NCBI GenBank assembly: GCA_964361085.1
Contig: CAYHZK010000001.1
Span: forward strand, 1-34,206
Direction: 5' to 3'
DNA length: 34,206 nt
Source: an uncultured Planctomycetales bacterium
GTDB taxonomy: Bacteria; Omnitrophota; Gorgyraeia; Zapsychrales; JANLHA01
The notes beneath the pieces were generated by a model. That model worked only from the letters and a program-made list of their open reading frames with translations, was not told the DNA's origin and searched no databases. The position numbers and the translations under genes were made by a program. The first letter of the stretch is position 1; every line of letters begins with the position of its first letter. Shown piece after piece: positions 26,122 to 33,980 of the stretch.

Positions 26122-27186
26122 TTGAAAACCAAAGTGATCAAGGTCCATCCGGAGTTCCCTGAGCTAGACCGGATCAGCTATTGCGCCAATATCATCCGGC
26201 AGGGAGGTCTTGTCGTGTTTCCGACGGAAACCGTTTACGGGATCGCGGCGGATTTTAACAATGAAAAGGCGATGGCGCGTTTGAGGCAGGTCAAGCGCCG
26301 GGCGGAAGACAAACCCTTTTCGATCCACATCGCGCAAAAGGGGCTCCTCCCCAACTACACGCCGATCAACACGCCGGCGGTTTACAAACTGATCGATGAA
26401 TGCTGGCCGGGTCCTCTGACTGTCATCGTCCCGGATCACGACGAAAATAAAACAATCGGCATTCGCATCCCGCATCACGCGATTGCCTTGAAGCTCGTGC
26501 AGGAGTCCCAGTGCACGGTCGCGGCGCCCTCGGCGAATTTTGCCGGCAACCCGCCGCCGTCGAGCTGCGAGGAGGCCCTGCGGGATTTGGACGGGCTGGT
26601 CGATGTGGCCATCGACGGCGGGTCGGCGCAATTCGGACAGGCTTCGTCGGTCGTTGATTTCACCGGCCCTCAACCCGTCGTCCTGAGGCCGGGGCCGATT
26701 TCGCAGGAGGATGTCGACCGGATCACGCAAAAGAAGATCATCCTTTTTGTCTGCACGGGAAACAGCTGCCGTTCGGTGATGGCGGAATATCTTCTGAAAG
26801 ATATGCTCAAAGGGCGCGACGATGTTCAGATATTGTCGGCGGGCACGGGGGTTTTCTTTCATTCCTCGGCGAGCGCTGAGACCCTCGCCGTTCTTAAAAA
26901 AGAGGGGCTCGACGCCTCCGAGCATCAGTCGCAGCCGATCAACAGCATTCTGCTGCGCAAATCGGATTTGATTGTTGTGATGACGCGCGGCCACCGTCAG
27001 CAGGTTTTGGAACGCGTCCCCGCGGTTGAGCGCCGGGTTTATCAACTGAGGGAATTCATCCATGAGCGGGTCGGGTATGAAGGAGATTTGGATATCCCGG
27101 ACCCGATGGGCAAATCCGCCGAGGCTTATCAAGAATGCCTTCTTGTGATCAAAGAGGCGGTTTCGAAACTGGTCAACCTGATTTGA
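26122..27186 (+). CDS. tsaC: Fusion protein: threonylcarbamoyl-AMP synthase TsaC/YwlC (YrdC domain) plus a low-molecular-weight protein phosphatase (YwlE-like)
   Basis: N-terminal half has 'GGLVVFPTETVYGIAAD...VKRRAEDKPFSIHI'. C-terminal half has the P-loop 'LFVCTGNSCRSVMAE' (Cx5R-S) and the D-loop 'DIPDPMG'. The start is TTG 26122 or GTG 26134. Confidence 0.8.
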   Translation: MKTKVIKVHPEFPELDRISYCANIIRQGGLVVFPTETVYGIAADFNNEKAMARLRQVKRRAEDKPFSIHIAQKGLLPNYTPINTPAVYKLIDECWPGPLTVIVPDHDENKTIGIRIPHHAIALKLVQESQCTVAAPSANFAGNPPPSSCEEALRDLDGLVDVAIDGGSAQFGQASSVVDFTGPQPVVLRPGPISQEDVDRITQKKIILFVCTGNSCRSVMAEYLLKDMLKGRDDVQILSAGTGVFFHSSASAETLAVLKKEGLDASEHQSQPINSILLRKSDLIVVMTRGHRQQVLERVPAVERRVYQLREFIHERVGYEGDLDIPDPMGKSAEAYQECLLVIKEAVSKLVNLI

Positions 27187-27187
27187 T

Positions 27188-27646
27188 ATGAAAGTTTTTA
27201 TCGGCGCCGACCATCGCGGACTTGAACTGAAAAAACACACCATGGCCCTGCTGGAAACTCTGGGTCATCGTGTTGTTGATCTGGGCTCTTTTCACGACGG
27301 AGTCTCGTGCGATTATCCTAAGATTTCGTATAAAGTCGCCGCCGAAACGGCGAAATCCAAAAATGGTCGCGGCATCCTGATTTGCATGACCGGGATCGGG
27401 CATTGCATTGCCGCGAACAAAGTCCCCGGCGCTTATGCGGCGTTATGTTACAACAAGGACGCGGCGGTTTTGTCCCGGCAGCACAACAACGCGAATGTGC
27501 TCGTCCTCGGCGCTAAATTTGTCGGCGTAAACGACATGGATGAAATCGTCAAAGCCTGGTTGACGACAGAATTTGAAGGCGGCCGGCATCTGCGCCGGGT
27601 GAACCAGATCAAGGAGATCGAAAAGAAAGGTCTTGTGACATCATGA
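27188..27646 (+). CDS. rpiB: Ribose-5-phosphate isomerase B
   Basis: 152 aa. '[17 protein letters not shown]', '[17 protein letters not shown]' and '[13 protein letters not shown]'. Confidence 0.88.
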   Translation: MKVFIGADHRGLELKKHTMALLETLGHRVVDLGSFHDGVSCDYPKISYKVAAETAKSKNGRGILICMTGIGHCIAANKVPGAYAALCYNKDAAVLSRQHNNANVLVLGAKFVGVNDMDEIVKAWLTTEFEGGRHLRRVNQIKEIEKKGLVTS

Positions 27647-28884
27647 GCTCTCTTAAGACAACAGACCCGGATGTTTATCGAGCGATCCGCAACGAGCTGG
27701 AACGGCAGCGCAGCAATCTGGAATTGATCGCCTCGGAGAACATCGTTTCCGAAGCGGTGCTCGAGGCCCAGGGAAGTGTTTTGACGAACAAATACGCCGA
27801 AGGGTATCCGGGGCGGCGCTGGTACGGCGGCTGCGAGCACGTTGATGTCGTCGAGAACCTGGCCATCGAGCGGGCCAGGGAACTTTTTGGCGCCGAACAC
27901 GTCAATGTCCAGCCGCACTCAGGGTCGCAGGCCAACAACGCCGTGTACAATGTGGCCGTCAATCCGGGCGATACGGTCCTGGCGATGGACTTAGCCTGCG
28001 GCGGACATCTCACGCACGGGCACAAGATGAATTTTTCCGGAAAGAATTATCATGTCGTGACCTATAAAGTGAATCCGCAGACGGAGATGATCGATTATGC
28101 GGAGGTGGCGAGTCTTGCCAAGGAACACAAACCGAAAATGATTTTGGCCGGCGCCTCGGCGTATTCGCGCATCATTGATTTTAAAAAATTCCGCGAGATC
28201 TGCGACAGTGCGGGGGCCTGCCTTTTTGTGGATATGGCTCACATCGCCGGGCTCGTGGCCGCGGGACTGCACCCGAATCCCGTCCCTTACGCCGAGTTCG
28301 TGACCACGACGACCCATAAAACGTTGCGCGGCCCGCGGGGCGGGATGATCCTCTGCCGGGGCGAATTCGGCAAAAAGATCGACGCCAATGTCTTTCCCGG
28401 CATTCAGGGCGGGCCTCTCATGCACGTGATCGCGGGAAAGGCCGTGGCCTTCAAGGAGGCGCTGAGCCCGGATTTCAAACAGTACCAGGGACAGATCGTC
28501 AGGAATGCCAGGAGCCTTTCCGCGGCGCTGGCGAAACTGGGGTTCCGTATCGTCACCGGCGGGACCGATAATCATCTTTTCATGATGGACTTAAGGCCCA
28601 AGAACGTGACCGGCAAAGAGGCCTCCGAGATTTTGGATCACGTCCACATCACCGTGAACAAAAATTTGATCCCCTTTGATCCGGAGAGCCCCATGGTCAC
28701 GAGCGGGATTCGCATCGGCACGCCGTCTTTGACCACCCGGGGCATGAAGGAAGCGCAGATGGAACTTGTGGCTCAATGGATTGACCAGGCGATTGTGAAC
28801 CGGGACAATCCCGGGATATTGGAGAACGTTAAAGCGGAGGTCCTCAAGCTGACGCGGGAATTTCCGATCTATCGTGGATTATAA
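27643..28884 (+). CDS. glyA: Serine hydroxymethyltransferase
   Basis: 413 aa. '[10 protein letters not shown]', '[15 protein letters not shown]' and the PLP lysine motif '[15 protein letters not shown]'. ATGA start/stop overlap with rpiB. Confidence 0.95.
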   Translation: MSSLKTTDPDVYRAIRNELERQRSNLELIASENIVSEAVLEAQGSVLTNKYAEGYPGRRWYGGCEHVDVVENLAIERARELFGAEHVNVQPHSGSQANNAVYNVAVNPGDTVLAMDLACGGHLTHGHKMNFSGKNYHVVTYKVNPQTEMIDYAEVASLAKEHKPKMILAGASAYSRIIDFKKFREICDSAGACLFVDMAHIAGLVAAGLHPNPVPYAEFVTTTTHKTLRGPRGGMILCRGEFGKKIDANVFPGIQGGPLMHVIAGKAVAFKEALSPDFKQYQGQIVRNARSLSAALAKLGFRIVTGGTDNHLFMMDLRPKNVTGKEASEILDHVHITVNKNLIPFDPESPMVTSGIRIGTPSLTTRGMKEAQMELVAQWIDQAIVNRDNPGILENVKAEVLKLTREFPIYRGL

Positions 28885-28888
28885 GGTT

Positions 28889-29030
28889 CTTGAGTTCGGC
28901 AAATTTTCCCTTATAATTCCCCTCCCTCGACGGGAGGGGAAAGGGGAGGGTGAAGATTGAAGTTGCCGCCCCCACCGAACCTCCCCCGTCGAGGGGAAGG
29001 AAGAAAACTCAAGAAATTGCCGAACTCAAG
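28889..29030. repeat. 142-bp imperfect palindrome rich in G- and C-tracts (REP/MITE-like element, complex terminator or structured RNA)
   Basis: Outer arms CTTGAGTTCGGCAA (28889-28902) and TTGCCGAACTCAAG (29017-29030) pair perfectly over 14 bp. Inner 10-bp hairpin TTCCCCTCCC-TCGAC-GGGAGGGGAA lies at 28917-28941. GGGGAGG (28943-28949) can pair with CCTCCCC (28980-28986). A T6 run follows at 29035-29040. Confidence 0.6.
28932..28950 (+). other. Canonical G-quadruplex-forming motif G3-A-G4-AAA-G4-A-G3
   Basis: GGGAGGGGAAAGGGGAGGG read directly from the sequence. Its first two G-tracts form the 3' arm of the 28917-28941 hairpin. Confidence 0.5.
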
Positions 29031-29042
29031 TAAGGTTTTTTC

Positions 29043-29522
29043 ATGAAATGCCCGGCCTGCGGATACAAAGAGACCAAAGTTGTGGATTCACGGTTGAGCA
29101 CAGAGGGCCGGTCCATCCGCCGGCGCCGGGAATGCCTCAAATGCCGGAAGCGGTTCACCACGTATGAGCACATCGAGCAGGTTCCTCTCATGGTCATCAA
29201 GCGGGACAACCGCCGGCAACCTTTTGACCGGGGCAAGATCGTTTCCGGACTCGTTAAAGCCTGCGAAAAACGGCCGATCAGCGTCGACAAGATCGAAGAA
29301 ATCGCCGGCGAGGTCGAGCGGCTGATTCAGAAAAAATACGAGCGCGAGGTGAGTGCCGCCGCGATCGGCGAAATCATCATGGAAAAACTGGCCGCCCTGG
29401 ATGAGGTCGCCTACGTGCGGTTTGCCTCCGTCTACCGGCAATTTCGCGACGTCAATCAGTTCATGAGCGAGCTGAAATTGATTTTGGAGAAAGAAAAGTC
29501 GTTCGGGAAACATAAAGTATAG
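29043..29522 (+). CDS. nrdR: Transcriptional repressor NrdR (zinc ribbon plus ATP-cone)
   Basis: 'MKCPACGYKETKVVDSR...RRRRECLKCRKRFTTYE' followed by ATP-cone sequence 'KRDNRRQPFDRGKI'. Confidence 0.92.
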   Translation: MKCPACGYKETKVVDSRLSTEGRSIRRRRECLKCRKRFTTYEHIEQVPLMVIKRDNRRQPFDRGKIVSGLVKACEKRPISVDKIEEIAGEVERLIQKKYEREVSAAAIGEIIMEKLAALDEVAYVRFASVYRQFRDVNQFMSELKLILEKEKSFGKHKV

Positions 29523-29583
29523 GCAATGTGTGCCGGGGTGCCCTTAAGGAGGGGATCCGGCATATGCCCGCAGAGGAAGAATC

Positions 29584-29994
29584 ATGGTCCAGATGGAATT
29601 GAGCAAGATTATCATTGATGAAAAACGGCAGGATCAGATCATTGTCTTAAAGGAAAAGAACGGCAGCCGTCAGTTTCCGATTGTGATCGGCTTTCTGGAG
29701 GCCTCCAGCATCCAGATGAAACTCTCGGGTGTTGAGACGCCGCGGCCCTTGACGCACGATCTGCTGCTGTTGCTCGTCGAGGGGCTGGAGGCGAAACTCG
29801 AACAGGTCGTCATCGACAAGCTGGTCGCCAACACCTTTCACGCCAAATTGATCCTCAAAACAGCCGACGGCAAAACAAAGCGCATCGACGCCCGTCCGTC
29901 CGACGGCGTTGCCCTGGCGGTTCGCGCCAGGTCGCCCATTTTCGTGGAAGACGAGGTTTTAAAAAAGGCCTCGATGACCGATACCGTCGAGTGA
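29584..29994 (+). CDS. Bifunctional nuclease family protein (DUF151/BFN domain)
   Basis: 136 aa. 'ETPRPLTHDLLLLLVEGL' and 'IDARPSDGVALAVRARSPIFVEDEV' resemble the DUF151 family. Confidence 0.72.
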   Translation: MVQMELSKIIIDEKRQDQIIVLKEKNGSRQFPIVIGFLEASSIQMKLSGVETPRPLTHDLLLLLVEGLEAKLEQVVIDKLVANTFHAKLILKTADGKTKRIDARPSDGVALAVRARSPIFVEDEVLKKASMTDTVE

Positions 29995-31439
29995 CGCGCC
30001 TCCCGATGTCATTGCTGACCGATTATCCTCTGTTGAAAGCCATTCAGGAGCTCTCCCGGAAAAAGAAAGTCGCTGTTTATCTCGTCGGCGGATTTGTGCG
30101 CGACCAGGTTTTAGGGCGGGCGTGCCATGATTTCGATTTTGCCGTCGCCAAGGACGCCGTCGCCTTCGCCCGCCTTTTTGCCCGCCGCATCAAGGGGGCC
30201 TTTGTCCTGCTCGATCCGGAAAACGGCTGCGGCCGCGTCGCGAAAAAAACGGGGCGTGACGTTACGACCTTCGACTTCGCCGATTTCCGCGCCGCCACGC
30301 TGGAAAAAGATCTGCAGCACCGTGATTTTACGATCAACACCCTCGCGGTACGTCTGGACACTCTTAACGATCAGGATGAACTTCGCGACGTGATTCTGGA
30401 TCCCAAACAGGGACTGCGCGACCTGAAAAGCCGTCGCATCCGCATGGTTTCGGTCAAGGCCTTCCGCGAAGATCCGCTGCGGTTGCTGCGGGCGTACAGT
30501 CTGCGCGCCACACTCGATTTTTCCGTCGAACACACGACTCTCCGCCAGGTCAGGAAAGACCGGGATTTGATCGTCCGGGCCGCCGCCGAGCGGGTCCGGG
30601 ACGAGCTGTTTAAAATCCTGCAGTCCCCGCGCGCCGCCGGGAATATCAGGGCGATGGACAAGATGGGGCTTCTGGAGAAAATCATTCCGCAGATCGCGGT
30701 CATGTACGGCGTGCCCCAGGGCGGGTATCATCATCTCGACGTGTGGCCGCACTCTTTGGAAACACTGGCGCAGCTGGAAAAAGTTTTTAAGGAATTTGAT
30801 CGCGACGCGGAGATCAGCCGTTATCTTGACGAAGTTTTAGGCGGGACCAGGACCCGACGGGCGCTTCTGAAACTGGCGGCCCTTTTGCACGATATCGGCA
30901 AGCCCGAGACCCGGAAAAAAGAAGTCAACCGGATTTCCTTCCACGCCCACGAACAAGTCGGGAAACGGATTGTCCGGACGATCGCCAGGGCGCTTAAACT
31001 TTCCACCCGCGAGCGGATGAGCCTCGAAGACGTGGTTCACCGGCATCTGCGTCCGGGGTATCTTTCCAATTTCAAAAGTCCGAGCGAAAAAGCGGTCTTC
31101 CGCTATTTCCGCGACACCAAAGAGGAGGCGGCGAGTGTCGCCCTCCTCTCTCTGGCGGACCAGCGTTCGACGCGCGGGCCTTTGACGACGGAGGAGGATC
31201 AACGCCATCACGAAAAGATATGCCGTCATCTCGTCGATCGGTACTTTCAGAAGAAAAAGGAAAAACCGTTTGTCCGCCTCATCACGGGGGATACCCTGAT
31301 CAAAGAATTACGCTTACAACCTTCCCCGCTTTTTGGTAAAATCTTGTCGCAGGTTGAGGAGGCCCAGGCCGTGGGCAAGGTCAAGACGAAGGAGGACGCG
31401 GTGGATCTGGCTAAAAGTATCGTGAAGCGGGCCGCGTGA
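29991..31439 (+). CDS. cca: CCA-adding enzyme / poly(A) polymerase-family tRNA nucleotidyltransferase with HD domain
   Basis: 'VYLVGGFVRDQVLGR..HDFDF' is the NTase head. 'FREDPLRLLRA' follows. The HD region is 'HHLDVWPHS...LLHDIGKP'. GTG 29991 overlaps the upstream stop (GTGA). An alternative start is ATG 30006. Confidence 0.75.
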   Translation: MTRLPMSLLTDYPLLKAIQELSRKKKVAVYLVGGFVRDQVLGRACHDFDFAVAKDAVAFARLFARRIKGAFVLLDPENGCGRVAKKTGRDVTTFDFADFRAATLEKDLQHRDFTINTLAVRLDTLNDQDELRDVILDPKQGLRDLKSRRIRMVSVKAFREDPLRLLRAYSLRATLDFSVEHTTLRQVRKDRDLIVRAAAERVRDELFKILQSPRAAGNIRAMDKMGLLEKIIPQIAVMYGVPQGGYHHLDVWPHSLETLAQLEKVFKEFDRDAEISRYLDEVLGGTRTRRALLKLAALLHDIGKPETRKKEVNRISFHAHEQVGKRIVRTIARALKLSTRERMSLEDVVHRHLRPGYLSNFKSPSEKAVFRYFRDTKEEAASVALLSLADQRSTRGPLTTEEDQRHHEKICRHLVDRYFQKKKEKPFVRLITGDTLIKELRLQPSPLFGKILSQVEEAQAVGKVKTKEDAVDLAKSIVKRAA

Positions 31440-31465
31440 ATCGTGAAGCGAAAAAACGGTGAGAT

Positions 31466-32230
31466 ATGCAAATCAGGAATATAACCATAAAAGTCATTCC
31501 AGCCGACAGCTCCTCTCTTGACGTCGATGTCATCACCGAGGATTCCCTTTCTAAAGTCAATGAAGATTCTCTGCGCAAGGCCTATCGGAAGGCCTTGCAG
31601 AAGGCCGAAAAACTCAAATTAAAGAAAATCGTCCTTCCCGTTTTTGGCATTTCCGGGGGGCGCTTCCCGGTTGTGGGTGCCGCAAAAATCCTCGCCCAGG
31701 AAATTTTAAGATTCTGCCGCAATCATCCTGATGCCGTCGCAGAAATAACTGTCGCGGTCCCGGGACGAAAGAACTTTCAAATTGTCGAAAAACAGGTGCT
31801 GGGTTATCTCCGTCACGTGACCGAGGACATGGGGAAGGGCCCGTATGTGACCGTGGATATGATCATCGAACTGAAGGAAGGACTGATCCTGATTGAGCGG
31901 TCGAACCCGCCTTACGGCTGGGCCCTGCCCGGCGGGTTTGTGGACTACGGGGAGAATCTTGAGACGGCGGCCCGTCGGGAAGCCAGGGAAGAGACCCATC
32001 TGGAGCTTAAAAATTTACGGCAATTTCACGCCTACTCCGACCCGCGAAGAGACCCGCGTTTTCATACCGTCAGCATTGTCTTCGTCGGGGAGGGACAAGG
32101 CAGGCCGCGGTTTGGCGACGATGCCAAGGGTCTGCAGATCATTCCATATCAGGAGTTGTTGAAGCGGGATTATGCCTTTGACCATAAAAGAATTATCAAG
32201 GATTATTTAACGCAACGGCGGAGGGACTGA
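31466..32230 (+). CDS. Fusion of a shortened macro-like domain and a Nudix hydrolase (ADP-ribose pyrophosphatase-like)
   Basis: The C-terminal half has the Nudix box 'GGFVDYGENLETAARREAREETHLEL' and 'SDPRRDPRFHTVSIVF'. The N-terminal ~115 aa, 'LKKIVLPVFGISGGRFPVVGAAKILAQEI', resembles the C-terminal half of macro domains. Confidence 0.68.
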   Translation: MQIRNITIKVIPADSSSLDVDVITEDSLSKVNEDSLRKAYRKALQKAEKLKLKKIVLPVFGISGGRFPVVGAAKILAQEILRFCRNHPDAVAEITVAVPGRKNFQIVEKQVLGYLRHVTEDMGKGPYVTVDMIIELKEGLILIERSNPPYGWALPGGFVDYGENLETAARREAREETHLELKNLRQFHAYSDPRRDPRFHTVSIVFVGEGQGRPRFGDDAKGLQIIPYQELLKRDYAFDHKRIIKDYLTQRRRD

Positions 32231-32337
32231 TGGGTGAAAACTTTCCTGGCCTTAGTAACTCCTGGGGCGGGATTGTGACTGTTTTGGTCGTCATTGGCCT
32301 TTATCTTTTTATCCGTTTCCAGCAGGGGCGAAAATGA
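32230..32337 (+). CDS. Possible 35-aa single-TM micropeptide
   Basis: Hand translation gives 'MGENFPGLSNSWGGIVTVLVVIGLYLFIRFQQGRK'. The ATG overlaps the upstream TGA by 1 nt (TGATG). It has a hydrophobic core followed by a basic tail. Confidence 0.3.
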   Translation: MGENFPGLSNSWGGIVTVLVVIGLYLFIRFQQGRK

Positions 32338-32400
32338 TTTTTTGGAGCGAACAAGCCTCCCCGGCTTCCCTTTCAATCAATACCCGACGGAGGGGAAGGT

Positions 32401-33102
32401 ATGGAGCAGGAAATCTTAAGTCAATCGCCGATCCATGAATGGCCTGTCGAGGATCGTCCGCGGGAAAAATTATTCAGGCTGGGGGAATCCAGGCTTTCGA
32501 ACTCGGAATTGATGGCGATCTTGCTGCGAACGGGATGCCGGGGGGAAAGCGCCCTTGACCTGTCGCGGCGGATCATGCGGAAGTTCAAGACGTTCCGCAA
32601 TATGAGCCACACCGACAGCCGCGAATGGCAGGAGTTCAAGGGGGTGGGCTCAGCGAAAATGGCTCAGATCCGCGCGGCCCTGGAGATCGGGCGCCGGTTC
32701 CGCGAGGACGAAATCCGTGAAACACAACCGCAGATCAAATCCTCGCGCGAGATTGTCGACATTCTTATGCCGAGGATGCGGGACTTGAAGACGGAAATCT
32801 TTAAGGCCGTTTTTCTCAACTATCAGCACCGGATCATTGATATCCTCGACGTGGCCGAAGGGACGGTCAACCGCGCCAGCCCTTTTATCCGGGAGATTTT
32901 TCAGCAGGCCCTCCAGCGTTTTGCGGCGGCCCTGATCTGCGCGCATAACCATCCTTCCGGCGATTCAACGCCGAGCCCCGAGGATCGCCAGTTCACCCGC
33001 GATCTGCGCGAGGCGGGACGGATTTTGCAGGTCAGGCTTCTCGATCATCTGATCCTGGGCGATAACGTTTATTACAGTTTTGCCGAAGCCGGGGCGATGT
33101 AG
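32401..33102 (+). CDS. radC: RadC-family JAB/MPN domain protein
   Basis: N-terminal 'RPREKL...LSNSELMAILLRTG' (HhH region). The JAMM motif is 'AHNHPSGDSTPSPED'. Confidence 0.88.
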   Translation: MEQEILSQSPIHEWPVEDRPREKLFRLGESRLSNSELMAILLRTGCRGESALDLSRRIMRKFKTFRNMSHTDSREWQEFKGVGSAKMAQIRAALEIGRRFREDEIRETQPQIKSSREIVDILMPRMRDLKTEIFKAVFLNYQHRIIDILDVAEGTVNRASPFIREIFQQALQRFAAALICAHNHPSGDSTPSPEDRQFTRDLREAGRILQVRLLDHLILGDNVYYSFAEAGAM

Positions 33103-33209
33103 AAGAAACGGAAAGGGCCGTCCGGCCGTCATAAACGCAAGCGGCCGATTTCTGAAAAGTTTGAGTTTAAGATGTTCGCGAAAACAAGATTTTTCAGGGA
33201 GGACGAGCG

Positions 33210-33950
33210 ATGCCAAGCGCCGCAAATCAAAAAGGGAAGGTTGCCGTCGTTACCGGCGGTAACCGCGGAATCGGGTTTGAGATCTGTCGTCAGTTGGCCC
33301 ACAGGGGAGTTCTCGTTATTTTGACAAGCCGTGACGAAAAAAAAGGCCTCGCGGCCTGCGATGCCCTGCAGAAAGAAGAGCTGCCGGTCCGCTACCATCG
33401 GATTGATGTCGATCATGCCGCCAGCATCGAGGAGTTCGAACGGTTTTTGTCGAAACAATTCGGGCGATGCGATATCCTCGTCAATAACGCCGGGATTTTT
33501 CCCGATTCGCGGGACGCGATCCATGGCGGGCCGTCGAGCGTGCTGCGGGTTAAGACCGGCGCGATCAACAGGGCGATGACGACGAACGTCTATGGCCCTC
33601 TGCTGATGTCGCAGGCCCTGGTTCCCCTGATGAAAAAAAACAACTATGGCCGCGTTGTGAATATTTCGAGCGGTCTGGGACAGTTGAGCGATATGGGGTG
33701 CGGTTATCCGGCCTACCGGATTTCCAAGACAGCGATCAATGCCCTGACGAGAATGTTCGCCGGCGAGTTGAAAGACGACAACATTTTAGTCAACAGCATG
33801 TGTCCGGGGTGGGTCAAAACGGATATGGGCGGGCCGGATGCCCCCAGGGATGTTCAGGAAGGGGCCGACACCGCCGTGTGGCTGGCGACCCTTCCCGACA
33901 ACGGCCCCCGGGGAAAATTCTTTCGCGACCGTCAAGAAATCCCATGGTAA
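33210..33950 (+). CDS. Short-chain dehydrogenase/reductase (carbonyl-reductase-like SDR)
   Basis: 'VAVVTGGNRGIGFEI' (TGxxxGxG), 'NNAGI' and catalytic 'YRISK'. SD AGGGAGG lies upstream. Confidence 0.85.
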   Translation: MPSAANQKGKVAVVTGGNRGIGFEICRQLAHRGVLVILTSRDEKKGLAACDALQKEELPVRYHRIDVDHAASIEEFERFLSKQFGRCDILVNNAGIFPDSRDAIHGGPSSVLRVKTGAINRAMTTNVYGPLLMSQALVPLMKKNNYGRVVNISSGLGQLSDMGCGYPAYRISKTAINALTRMFAGELKDDNILVNSMCPGWVKTDMGGPDAPRDVQEGADTAVWLATLPDNGPRGKFFRDRQEIPW

Positions 33951-33980
33951 TGCTTTATTCTTCGCTATTCCTGTGTTACG

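Noticed and set aside
28991-29000. The 10-mer GAGGGGAAGG shared between the palindromic element (28991-29000) and the radC upstream region (32389-32398), as possible evidence for a dispersed repeat family.
   Set aside because: The second copy is simply the purine-rich SD of radC. One short purine-rich match is not enough to define a repeat family.
28885-29042. An NrdR box, a glycine riboswitch or a T-box in the glyA-nrdR spacer.
   Set aside because: There is no AT-rich 16-bp NrdR-box-like palindrome and no resemblance to the glycine or T-box conserved cores as I recall them. The region is dominated by G/C-tract pairings instead.
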